From: a virus
DNA: 64,000 nucleotides
Direction: 5' to 3' (one strand)
Virus record (IMG/VR): IMGVR_UViG_3300035181_000377
Span: 2,828 to 66,827 of that record
The notes beneath the pieces are model-generated. The model was not told where the DNA came from, searched no databases, and saw only the letters and a list, made by a program, of their open reading frames with translations. Below, in pieces: positions 1-9,097 of this stretch. The position numbers and the translations under genes were made by a program. Position 1 is the stretch's first letter. Each line of letters begins with the position of its first letter.

Positions 1-49
1 AAGCTCATACAATATTAAAAATTGTTAGAATATTAGTATTTTAAAATAT

Positions 50-136
50 TTGATTGCATTTTTTTTTAGTCATATATAGCTATATTGAACATTGTACAGT
101 ATGTGCAATAATCTTTTATTTTAAGGAGATTTTATT
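50..136 (+). promoter_or_regulatory. Repeated early promoter + 5' hairpin + RBS module
   Basis: T-tract, CATATATAGCTATATTG core, hairpin ATTGTACA-gta-TGTGCAAT, then TAAGGAG; matches about 10 other copies in the window. Confidence 0.75.
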
Positions 137-253
137 ATGCTTATTACGCAAAGTATGTCAGTATCACAAGCAAGCCTTGTGGTGATTTATTGGGTGGCAT
201 TATCATTAGCCATATGTGGTGTTTGTGATTTTATTAAAGAGGTAACAAAATGA
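137..253 (+). CDS. Small 38-aa hydrophobic protein (not in ORF track)
   Basis: AAGGAG RBS, ATG at 137, MLITQSMSVSQASLVVIYWVALSLAICGVCDFIKEVTK; stop overlaps the next start (ATGA). Confidence 0.65.
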   Translation: MLITQSMSVSQASLVVIYWVALSLAICGVCDFIKEVTK

Positions 254-465
254 GTACAGAATTCAAAAAGAAGCTTGCCGATATGCAGGCTGAGATAGCT
301 GCTAACGCAGCACGTATATCGGCACAGGCTACTATAGACCGATATGAGCTAATGGAGCGTATCAAAGCTGATACGAAAGCATTAGTAGAAAAACACACAG
401 CTGCTAATAATGCAGCGTGTGTTAGAATGTGTTCGAAGCTAGAGCACATGAAGCACTCGCTGTAG
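250..465 (+). CDS. Hypothetical coiled-coil protein, early cassette
   Basis: GAGGT RBS, coupled to upstream ORF, followed by a terminator. Confidence 0.7.
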   Translation: MSTEFKKKLADMQAEIAANAARISAQATIDRYELMERIKADTKALVEKHTAANNAACVRMCSKLEHMKHSL

Positions 466-470
466 AAAAA

Positions 471-501
471 ATAGAGAGGAGTTACCTCTCTATTTTTTTT
501 T
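471..501 (+). terminator. Intrinsic terminator
   Basis: ATAGAGAGG-agtta-CCTCTCTAT followed by T-tract. Confidence 0.85.
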
Positions 502-573
502 ATTTAAAATATTATTTTTAATAGATTACGTTATACTTTGTACACCTAACTAATATGTAAAGGATAAAATAAA

Positions 574-2025
574 ATGTTATTAAAGCAAGGTTTTGAACAA
601 TCACCAAACGTAAAAATATTAATTAATATTGGTGCACTTTTAGACATACCTACAGGCACATATATTACTGGCTTACATGGCGAGAGTATTCTTAATGGTG
701 GTTTAGGACAGATGACAGGTGTAGTAGGTATTGGTAACAACTTTAAATCAACAGTGATGCATTACATGATGCTATCAGCTATGAATAGAATATCATTTAC
801 TACGCCTACTAGTGCTAGTACATATGACACAGAAATTAACATACATGAATCACACCTCAGAGCTTTAACTAAACGCTTTGAAAACTTTAAGAGTAATGAT
901 GTTACTAATGATGGTACGTGGACATTTACAGATAAGACAGTTTACTATGCGAATGAATGGTATACGGTTTTAAAAGAATTCTTAAAATCTAAGAAATCAA
1001 ACTATAAACAAATTTCAGTAACTACACCATTTCCAGACAGAGATGGTAAAACATTATTGAGTATTGCTACGCCCACATTTAGTGAAATAGATTCATTCAG
1101 TGAATTTGAAACAGCGGACATTGCTAAGATGCAGAGTGAAAATGAATTAGGTGATTCAGGTGCTAACACTATGCACATGCGCCAAGGCTTAGCTAAGACA
1201 CGTTTCTTAATGGAGCTACCAGCTATCACAGCCTCAGTATATCATTTTGTATTGATGACTGCACACGTAGGTAAAGATATTGCAATGGCGTCTGGTCCTA
1301 TTCCTACTGCACCTGTTAAGAAACTACAGAATCTTAAAAATGGTGATAAGATTAAAGGCGTTACAGATAAGTTCTTCTTTCTTATGAGTAACTGTTGGCA
1401 CGCTTATAACGCAGCACCATTAATTAATCAAGGAACTAAAGGTCCAGAGTATCCTAGAAATCCTGATGATAATAATACTAATGACACAGATTTAAACGTA
1501 GTGAGTTTAAGACAGCTACGTAGTAAGTCTGGTCCAAGTGGTAATGTAATAGAACTACTCGTATCACAGTCAGAAGGCGTATTACCAGAACTATCAGAAT
1601 TCCATTTCTTAAAGAGTGCTGAGCGTTTTGGTATATCTGGTACACTACAACACTATGCTTTAGATCTTTTACCAGAAGTTAAGCTATCAAGAACTACTGT
1701 AAGATCTAAAATAGATACAATGCCAGAATTAAGAAGAGCATTAAATATTACAGCTGAACTTTGCCAGATGACTTTATTATGGAGAAGTTCAGATAGAGAT
1801 ATATTATGTACTCCTAAAGAGCTGTATGATGATTTGATTAAACTCGGTTATGACTGGGATATGATACTCAAAAATACACGTGGATGGTGGACGGTAGACA
1901 ATGATAAGTACTCACAACACTTCTTAAGCACAAAAGATCTACTATTATGTAGAGCAGGACTATACCACCCGTATTGGTTAGAGGCTGATAAGAAGACAAT
2001 TAAAAAACAATATTTAAAAAATTAA
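574..2025 (+). CDS. uvsX: UvsX/RecA-like recombinase (phiKZ-type)
   Basis: N-terminal NIGALLDIPTG, Walker A variant GIGNNFKS, YDTE and EIDSFSE motifs; size typical of the phiKZ-like family. Confidence 0.8.
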   Translation: MLLKQGFEQSPNVKILINIGALLDIPTGTYITGLHGESILNGGLGQMTGVVGIGNNFKSTVMHYMMLSAMNRISFTTPTSASTYDTEINIHESHLRALTKRFENFKSNDVTNDGTWTFTDKTVYYANEWYTVLKEFLKSKKSNYKQISVTTPFPDRDGKTLLSIATPTFSEIDSFSEFETADIAKMQSENELGDSGANTMHMRQGLAKTRFLMELPAITASVYHFVLMTAHVGKDIAMASGPIPTAPVKKLQNLKNGDKIKGVTDKFFFLMSNCWHAYNAAPLINQGTKGPEYPRNPDDNNTNDTDLNVVSLRQLRSKSGPSGNVIELLVSQSEGVLPELSEFHFLKSAERFGISGTLQHYALDLLPEVKLSRTTVRSKIDTMPELRRALNITAELCQMTLLWRSSDRDILCTPKELYDDLIKLGYDWDMILKNTRGWWTVDNDKYSQHFLSTKDLLLCRAGLYHPYWLEADKKTIKKQYLKN

Positions 2026-2044
2026 AATTAAGGATTTAAACAAA

Positions 2045-2401
2045 ATGAACGCTGTAGCAGACAAAGTTAAAGAATACACAGAACCACGACATCCAGAAGA
2101 TCGTGATTTAGTGGCTGAGGTACGTAATTTATTAGTGGCTAGTGGATTGGCTATGGAAGCTCAAAAAGCATATGACACGCACAACTATATTGTTGAGGCA
2201 TGTATCCGTAGACCACTCACACAGCGTTTCTTATTAAATAGATTCTGGAATCTACAATTAATCATGGCACCTAAACCTTCTATAGAAGAACGTTCATGTT
2301 TAATAGTGGATGGTAGTATTGATGAATGGTTACATTTATTTAAAGCAAAAATTCTACCATTCTTAATCGAGACTAGATTACCAGCAGTCGCTAAATTTTA
2401 A
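2045..2401 (+). CDS. Hypothetical protein
   Basis: 118-aa ORF with RBS between uvsX and an RNAP subunit. Confidence 0.75.
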   Translation: MNAVADKVKEYTEPRHPEDRDLVAEVRNLLVASGLAMEAQKAYDTHNYIVEACIRRPLTQRFLLNRFWNLQLIMAPKPSIEERSCLIVDGSIDEWLHLFKAKILPFLIETRLPAVAKF

Positions 2402-2412
2402 GGTAAACTAAA

Positions 2413-3081
2413 ATGGCCGGTAATAGGAAAGCTACGGAAGCGTATATATTAACTTGGTTACAAAAAATAACCAATGATGATAGTAATGCTGAGATATATA
2501 AAAACTTCTTTAAAACGATGAGTGATAGAGAATTTTTTGACTACATGGCTGATATAGAAAAAGGTACTAAGTTCTTAACTATCACTGCGCCAGTCTTTAA
2601 TAAAGCTGCGTTAAGTGTTGAGCGTAATATAAAACTTGGTAAAGAACTAGGTCATAGTTTCTTTCAAAAAATATGGATTGGTGCTAAGGAAGGTATGCCA
2701 GCATACTTAACACCTATTCCATATTTAGTAGTTGATCTACCTATACGTAGAGCCTCTCAGTTACTTACTAAAAAGATTAGTACACCTGAGCATAATAAAA
2801 CTGTTGACGTGCTCTCTGGTCAGCCCACAAGTGCTTCTAAAGGTAGTAAGATATCTTTCCCAGAAATACAAGTATTAGCTGCAATGGGTTTAGATGAAAG
2901 TGTGGTAGAATTAATTAAATATCGTGGTGGTGATAATAAAGGTTTTAGTGCCATGAACTCAATGATATCTAAATTAGGTTCTGCTAACATGAAAACATTA
3001 TCCGGTTATGCTAGTGGTGTTGAATCTACTAAGACACTTAAAACTTTTCTCACTGGGATGATGTTAAAGAATAACTTGTAA
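2413..3081 (+). CDS. Virion RNA polymerase beta subunit, C-terminal fragment (phiKZ gp149-like)
   Basis: LSGQPTSASKGSKISFPE resembles the beta C-terminal T.QP..G....GG.R.GEME region; ELIKYRGGD. Confidence 0.8.
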   Translation: MAGNRKATEAYILTWLQKITNDDSNAEIYKNFFKTMSDREFFDYMADIEKGTKFLTITAPVFNKAALSVERNIKLGKELGHSFFQKIWIGAKEGMPAYLTPIPYLVVDLPIRRASQLLTKKISTPEHNKTVDVLSGQPTSASKGSKISFPEIQVLAAMGLDESVVELIKYRGGDNKGFSAMNSMISKLGSANMKTLSGYASGVESTKTLKTFLTGMMLKNNL

Positions 3082-3129
3082 TGTAAAAAATACTATTTAA
3101 AGTAATGATGTGCAAGTATAATAATTAAT

Positions 3130-3218
3130 GCAAGAGTAGCCGAATTGGTCTAGGCAGCGGATTTAAAATCCGCCGAGTGGAAACACTCCTGTGGGTTCGA
3201 GTCCCATCTCTTGTACCA
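3130..3218 (+). tRNA. tRNA-Leu(TAA)
   Basis: Acceptor GCAAGAG/CTCTTGT-ACCA, anticodon arm GCGGA-tt TAA aa-TCCGC, long variable arm, GGTTCGAGTCC T-arm. Confidence 0.93.
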
Positions 3219-3253
3219 TTTATTAAAATATTTATTATATCCATAGGAACGTT

Positions 3254-3799
3254 ATGAATATTGATAATGTAGATCAAAAAATTATAGATACTTTTAATGA
3301 TTCTATAATTAAACGTTTTTTAAATAAAATAGAATTAGGTGAAAATGGCTGCATTGAATGGACAGATAGTTTAAGTGCTGGCGGTTATGGTAAATTATCA
3401 ATAGGTGGTAGAAGTGGATTTGAAGTAACGCCATCGCGGTGGGCAATGCAATTATCATTAGGTACTATTTTACCAAAAGAAATATTTGTATGCCATAAAT
3501 GCGATAATCCAGCGTGTGTAAATCCAGAGCATTTATTTATTGGTACACATGCGGATAATATGCGAGACATGCGTGAAAAAGGCAGAGCTGCTTTTAATTT
3601 TGGCAATGCTAAATTAGATTGGGATAAAGTAGACGATATTAGATCCTCTACTTTAAATGGAATTGAACTGGCTTCTAAGTATAACGTATCTAAATCTACC
3701 ATATCTGAAATAAGAAATAATCACATATGGAAAGAAGAACATAGAGAAAAAGCTATTATTCATACCACCAATTTATTTAAAAGAGTACATTATGTCTGA
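3254..3799 (+). CDS. HNH endonuclease with C-terminal HTH
   Basis: GCIEW..GYG and [27 protein letters not shown] motifs; C-terminal [15 protein letters not shown]. Confidence 0.9.
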   Translation: MNIDNVDQKIIDTFNDSIIKRFLNKIELGENGCIEWTDSLSAGGYGKLSIGGRSGFEVTPSRWAMQLSLGTILPKEIFVCHKCDNPACVNPEHLFIGTHADNMRDMREKGRAAFNFGNAKLDWDKVDDIRSSTLNGIELASKYNVSKSTISEIRNNHIWKEEHREKAIIHTTNLFKRVHYV

Positions 3800-4511
3800 A
3801 GAAATAATGCCTAGTAGATTACTGGTAGATTTAGATTCAATTTTTGATACTAGACTATCAGTATTATATTCAATTAGTCCTGATTTAGCTGAGCAAGCAA
3901 TTAAATCAGGTTACTTAAATAGAGTAAGTAATAAGTATCCAGATATTTCAATAGAAGCTTTTAATGAAAGATATAATGCTAGAACTAAAGCAGATTTAAA
4001 AAATGCATTAGTGACGCCTATAATTAAACTAGTTTCAGATTTTGCTTATACCACTATCAGTAACAGTTTATCTGGACCTATTAAAGAAAGACCAGTAATA
4101 GTACTAAATACATATCCGTATGTTTTATCTGAAGAAGAGAATAAATTATTTATTAATTTATTATTTACTACAACTAGAACTTATGCAGAAATAGAAATTA
4201 TTAATCTTAGTCCTGATGACATTACACCCAGATATCTTAAAGATAACTTTAACTTAGTGATAATGTATAATGGCTTAGATTGGTTGGAGTTACACGCGTC
4301 TAAAGAAAACTTTAAAAAGACTATATGTCCAGACATAGGTTTAATATCACCAGCTACCTTAGACCATTATCCTTCTGATACTAAATTAGTAGAATTAACT
4401 AGAATGGGTGTAGAGCTTTTTGAAGGTATAGAAAAAACAGCTTCTCCTTTAATAGCTTTATCATTAATCAACGCTAGTAATTTTTCAGCTTTAGCTTTAG
4501 AAAATATATAG
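3792..4511 (+). CDS. Conserved phiKZ-like hypothetical protein (HAD-like N-terminus)
   Basis: [13 protein letters not shown] and LNTYPY motifs. Confidence 0.65.
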   Translation: MSEEIMPSRLLVDLDSIFDTRLSVLYSISPDLAEQAIKSGYLNRVSNKYPDISIEAFNERYNARTKADLKNALVTPIIKLVSDFAYTTISNSLSGPIKERPVIVLNTYPYVLSEEENKLFINLLFTTTRTYAEIEIINLSPDDITPRYLKDNFNLVIMYNGLDWLELHASKENFKKTICPDIGLISPATLDHYPSDTKLVELTRMGVELFEGIEKTASPLIALSLINASNFSALALENI

Positions 4512-4516
4512 TTTAA

Positions 4517-4552
4517 AATTATAGAGAGATGCTAATGCATCTCTCTATAATT
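4517..4552. terminator. Bidirectional terminator hairpin
   Basis: AATTATAGAGAGATGC-taat-GCATCTCTCTATAATT between convergent genes. Confidence 0.8.
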
Positions 4553-4566
4553 AAATATTTTAAATA

Positions 4567-4962
4567 TTACAGTTTTTGAAAAGTATCTAGGTCTAATGTT
4601 TGCATTCCGATATCAGTTTCACCAGGCACTAAATCTAGCTTATAATCACTTTCTAATAAGACCGGCATTTGCGTACGCTTATTTGAAGGAGAATTAACAC
4701 CACTCAAGCTAGACAATACTTTAGCAACAATGTCCGTAGCTTCTTGCTGAGACTTATTAGCTTGTTCGTCAGATTTAATTCTGGCTTTACCTAATACTGT
4801 TCTATCTATGCCATCCATCATTGATATTAGAAAACTACGATCTTCTTTATCATCAGGCACGCCTTCAGACATTAATTTATCTATAATAGTCTCACGTATT
4901 TTTAATGTTTTATTTAATCGCGCTGAGTCATCTAAATCAAATACATTACTATTTTCGCTCAT
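4567..4962 (-). CDS. Hypothetical protein
   Basis: 131-aa ORF with AAGGA RBS. Confidence 0.75.
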   Translation of the reverse strand: MSENSNVFDLDDSARLNKTLKIRETIIDKLMSEGVPDDKEDRSFLISMMDGIDRTVLGKARIKSDEQANKSQQEATDIVAKVLSSLSGVNSPSNKRTQMPVLLESDYKLDLVPGETDIGMQTLDLDTFQKL

Positions 4963-5025
4963 TTTGAAATCCTTTAAAATATTCTATTAATATTGGGTGA
5001 TATATAACTAATGTGAGGTATAACG

Positions 5026-5502
5026 ATGTTTAACATATTAAAACTTTTTAGAAGTAAAAAAGTATCATTAATAAAAACTACTATAGTCTTAGCTAATGAG
5101 ATTTATTTACCTTTCTTTAATGATGTATATTCAAATGATTTATCTTTAAAGACAGTAAGTGTTTTATTTGATAGCGTTGAAGAATATAATAAAAGATTAA
5201 TAATAGCTAATAATTCATTATTAGAAGCCACGTACTTACAGCCTCAACCGTATACAGGTACATCTAATGTTATTTTATTGCAAAGGTTTCTTTTAAGTAA
5301 AGATAAAATTTATTTAGATACTAACATAGTAATGAAAGAGTTTATTAACAATATTATTAATTTCTTAACTACATATGAGGAGTGCGAAAATGAAGTAGAA
5401 AAAGATTTAGTCATTAACCGTAACTTAATAAATTTAACGAGATTAGCTACTAATGCTATATCCATCATAGAAAACCTACATCAACTTAGTAGGGAGTATT
5501 AA
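5026..5502 (+). CDS. Hypothetical protein
   Basis: GAGGT RBS; TATATAAC promoter-like motif at 5001. Confidence 0.7.
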   Translation: MFNILKLFRSKKVSLIKTTIVLANEIYLPFFNDVYSNDLSLKTVSVLFDSVEEYNKRLIIANNSLLEATYLQPQPYTGTSNVILLQRFLLSKDKIYLDTNIVMKEFINNIINFLTTYEECENEVEKDLVINRNLINLTRLATNAISIIENLHQLSREY

Positions 5503-5513
5503 TATAAAGGTAT

Positions 5514-5978
5514 TTGTTTATGATATCTAGAAATAGAAATAATCAAAATAAATCACAAGTAGGTGCCGGTACTGAAAGTGCATTATTTGGTTTACTAAAT
5601 AGTATTATGGAAGACAAGAATGCTAAGTCTGTTGGTAACTGGAGTGACAATATGTACTATTTTATTAAAGATAGACGTAATGGCATACCTAGTAATATAA
5701 AAGACCAAGCTATAGCTCGCGGTAATCTAAAGAAAGAGTTCGAGAAAAATAGAATGTCTTGGAAAGTATTTTGTAAGGCTTTAAGATTTCTCAGAGTAGT
5801 AGAATTCAAAATTTCGATTACACTCACAGATAAGGATGGCGCATATAAAGAATATACACAACTAGTTAATTTAGGTGAACCAGTGTATACGCTCGATACA
5901 GTAATGGAACAATCTAATGATTCCAGTATTGTAAATAAATTTAATGTGCACATGTATGAAGAAGAAAAGGACGAATAG
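5514..5978 (+). CDS. Hypothetical protein, possibly HTH-like DNA binding
   Basis: RGNLKKEF..NRMSWKVFCKALRFL; start may be ATG at 5520. Confidence 0.65.
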   Translation: MFMISRNRNNQNKSQVGAGTESALFGLLNSIMEDKNAKSVGNWSDNMYYFIKDRRNGIPSNIKDQAIARGNLKKEFEKNRMSWKVFCKALRFLRVVEFKISITLTDKDGAYKEYTQLVNLGEPVYTLDTVMEQSNDSSIVNKFNVHMYEEEKDE

Positions 5979-6500
5979 ATGGAACAAGAAAAGCTCGATA
6001 AGTTAGTAGAAATCATTACTTCTACTTTCGATAAAGTATGCGGTAATATTAGTTCAGATACTATTTTAATGAATTTTAAAGAAGTGTTTTATAAATACTT
6101 TACATCAAATACATTATATCAACTATTTATAAATACGGAATTAGTTAACGTCACTGGTTCTTTATTTGAAGATAGTTATGTTGCTAATAATTTCTTAGCA
6201 CTTACATCTGAAGTAATAATACTTTTTAAATTAAGCGGTATAGACGAGAAAGCAATTATTAAAATGATTGCAGAGTCTAGATATCAGTTAACAGGAGAAA
6301 CTGGTAATGCTTTAGTGCCTGTTAATAATTTAATGCCTGTTAATATTAATAAAAGCCTTGAAGTTAGAGAAGGATTCTTATTAGAAGTATTAGAGGTAAA
6401 TACCTGGTTAGTTGTTTTCTATCTAACGGTACTATTCTTAGATAAAACAGAAACATACAGAGAAGACATAATAAAACTTATTAATAAAAAGGTGAAATAG
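5979..6500 (+). CDS. Hypothetical protein
   Basis: Abuts both neighbours in the operon. Confidence 0.7.
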   Translation: MEQEKLDKLVEIITSTFDKVCGNISSDTILMNFKEVFYKYFTSNTLYQLFINTELVNVTGSLFEDSYVANNFLALTSEVIILFKLSGIDEKAIIKMIAESRYQLTGETGNALVPVNNLMPVNINKSLEVREGFLLEVLEVNTWLVVFYLTVLFLDKTETYREDIIKLINKKVK

Positions 6501-7346
6501 ATGATTGATCGTAACTTTACTCCGACATTAGAAGGTAATCTACAATCTAAATTAAAAGCATTAGTTAATAGTGCTAATCAAAACGATAAAAAATCTTCTA
6601 AAGAAGAAATTAAAATTACTAGACATTTTGATTTAAAACCAATTGAAAATATTGGGGAAGATGGAGTAGACCATTTAAATATATGGAGTTTCGCAAAAAC
6701 TGAACTAGGTGTATTATTATCATTTAGCACAAACTTACGTTTTAACCACGAGCAGTTGTTTAACTTTTCAAGTATTGATTGTTTATGGCAGTATATTACT
6801 ATCATTGAACCATCAGAAAAAATACGTAACGTACCATCTAGAATACTACGGTCAATGGTGAAAGAATTACCAAAGCGGTCTGTAGTTAATTTTAGAGCAG
6901 TCATTATGGATGCTAACTGGCAAAAGATACAACAGTATCCGGATATTAAAGATGCTATTATTGAATCTACTCTACCGTTTGATTTTTATTATTTCATAAG
7001 AGCAACAGAAACACGAGTACGGTATAAAAACGCATTCTGGGTATTAAAAGGCTTTGAAGAAATTAGAAAAGCTTTGAAAGAAGCTAGAGATCCTAATTTT
7101 GATTTTCTTATAGACGATAAAGAAATTGGTATTTATGGTGATTTAATTATCCCCGTAATTCAAAAACCTAAGGCTAAAAAGAAAAAGAAAAAAGCTAAAG
7201 TTGCAGTTGTAGAACCTGATAATACTGAAACTGTATCTGGAGATGATATATTAAATCCGGTTGTAGAACCTGAACTAGCTGCATCAGTAACTGATTCCAG
7301 CGACATTCATAAAGCATCTGCACTACTTGCTAAAATTTATAAATAA
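6501..7346 (+). CDS. Conserved jumbo-phage protein, possibly divergent NADAR/YbiA-like
   Basis: LLSF..., FSSIDCLWQY and IMDANWQKIQQYPDIKDAIIES resemble the NADAR pattern; Lys-rich tail. Confidence 0.5.
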   Translation: MIDRNFTPTLEGNLQSKLKALVNSANQNDKKSSKEEIKITRHFDLKPIENIGEDGVDHLNIWSFAKTELGVLLSFSTNLRFNHEQLFNFSSIDCLWQYITIIEPSEKIRNVPSRILRSMVKELPKRSVVNFRAVIMDANWQKIQQYPDIKDAIIESTLPFDFYYFIRATETRVRYKNAFWVLKGFEEIRKALKEARDPNFDFLIDDKEIGIYGDLIIPVIQKPKAKKKKKKAKVAVVEPDNTETVSGDDILNPVVEPELAASVTDSSDIHKASALLAKIYK

Positions 7347-7350
7347 TAAA

Positions 7351-7382
7351 AATAGAGGAGCATTAGCTCCTCTATTTTTTTT
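7351..7382 (+). terminator. Intrinsic terminator
   Basis: AATAGAGGAGC-atta-GCTCCTCTATT followed by T-tract. Confidence 0.85.
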
Positions 7383-7434
7383 TATTTAATACTTAAAGGC
7401 TATGATATGATTAATATAAACGGAGCATTATATC

Positions 7435-9048
7435 TTGGCCATTAAAGCAAAAAGATTTGATAATTTAGATCAAGAGACTAATATAGCAACAACAGATTTT
7501 GCTAGCGCAGTATCATCAAGTGTTATGAATTCACCTTTAAATGGCGGTGGACCAATCACACCTACAGACATGGATAGTCTGAGTAACTTTATAGCAAATA
7601 ATAATGTACCAGACTTAGCTGGGTTAAATAATTTATCCACGGTAGGTGATTTAACTGATGCTAGTAGTGTATCTAATGCAGTCCCAACTTTAACAGACTT
7701 AATTAGTAAGAGTCCTAGTATATCGTCCGTAATATCTAATAGTAATTTTAGTACAGGTGTTGCTGACTTAGAAAATAATTTATCTAGCATTGTTGGTCAG
7801 ATAACAGATGGTTCCGCTATAAGTAAAGTACAGACAACTTTAGCAAATAGTGTTAGTTCATTTGACTTAGGTGATATTACTAAAGTACCTGGTTTATCTA
7901 ATTTACCTCAAAGCACTATTAATAGTTATAGCCAATCTTCTAATACCTTAAACATTGCTGGTGCATTAAAGAATGTGCCTGGTATTGGTTCTTTAACAAG
8001 TAATATAGGTGGTGGTTTACCATCTATTACTAGCAGGTTAACTAAGGATAGTTCTTTATCTACTATACTACCTGCTGTACTGAATGCAGTTGATGTTAAT
8101 AAAATAACTAATATATTAATGCCTACTGGTGGTAATGTGGCAAATACTGTAAAACTATTAGCTGGTGCATTAAAGAATAGTGCGCTGACTAACATGATAC
8201 CCGCTAATAATACTGCTACAGTTTTAATTAATGGTGTATCTACACGTATTAACAACACATCTGGAAATGCTGGTTCATTAATAAGTTCTATAGGAAGTTT
8301 AACGGGTGGTAGTTATTCACCTAATATTAGTAACCCTTATTTATTAAGTCAAACTACTACTAACTTACAATCCCAAGCATCAAAGTTGGGGTTACCATCT
8401 ATATTTAGTTACGTATCAAGAATATTCCCTAATAGTTCAGCTATGGTTACGGCTGGTAAAAATATTTTATCTTCAGCTATCCATACTGGAGATTTTAATA
8501 CTATCTTGGATGTGGGTAAATCTGAATTAGGGGCTATCCTAAACAATTCTATGCCATCGGCTGTCTCAGGTATAGGAAGTAGTTTTAAATTGCCTGTAGG
8601 TCTTCCTAGCAGTAATTTGAGTGGGTCTTTCACTGACTTTACAACCCAGATGAGTTCTATGTCGCCAACATGGAACACTTATAATGGAATGTCTAGTATT
8701 AGTGCATTACCTAGTAATAATGAAGATTTAAATTCCATCTTTGCTTCTGCTTCATTAAGTACACCGGTAACTATACCTGATTTTAGTGTAGATCCTAAAT
8801 TTGATACTAGCATCAGTGATTCACAACTGATGTACGGTGCATTAGTAACTAAAGGTAGTATGCCAGCATCTAATGTTAGTGATACTTTGTTAGCTAGTTT
8901 ACCAAATGTACCACTACTACCAGATAACTCAATATCGAGTACTAGTTATGTACAGCCTGAGGTATACAGTACTAATTATGACATTGGTCTAGGTATTAAT
9001 ACTAATCCTAGTTATGATTTTAGTACATCACCAAGCATATATGCTTAA
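7435..9048 (+). CDS. Ser/Asn/Thr-rich putative virion structural protein
   Basis: 537 aa, TTG start after GGAG, convergent with the tail genes. Confidence 0.55.
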   Translation: MAIKAKRFDNLDQETNIATTDFASAVSSSVMNSPLNGGGPITPTDMDSLSNFIANNNVPDLAGLNNLSTVGDLTDASSVSNAVPTLTDLISKSPSISSVISNSNFSTGVADLENNLSSIVGQITDGSAISKVQTTLANSVSSFDLGDITKVPGLSNLPQSTINSYSQSSNTLNIAGALKNVPGIGSLTSNIGGGLPSITSRLTKDSSLSTILPAVLNAVDVNKITNILMPTGGNVANTVKLLAGALKNSALTNMIPANNTATVLINGVSTRINNTSGNAGSLISSIGSLTGGSYSPNISNPYLLSQTTTNLQSQASKLGLPSIFSYVSRIFPNSSAMVTAGKNILSSAIHTGDFNTILDVGKSELGAILNNSMPSAVSGIGSSFKLPVGLPSSNLSGSFTDFTTQMSSMSPTWNTYNGMSSISALPSNNEDLNSIFASASLSTPVTIPDFSVDPKFDTSISDSQLMYGALVTKGSMPASNVSDTLLASLPNVPLLPDNSISSTSYVQPEVYSTNYDIGLGINTNPSYDFSTSPSIYA

Positions 9049-9052
9049 ACAT

Positions 9053-9090
9053 AAATTATACACAGAGGTATCAGCCTCTGTGTATAATTT
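9053..9090. terminator. Bidirectional terminator
   Basis: AAATTATACACAGAGG-tatcag-CCTCTGTGTATAATTT. Confidence 0.8.
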
Positions 9091-9097
9091 ATCATTA

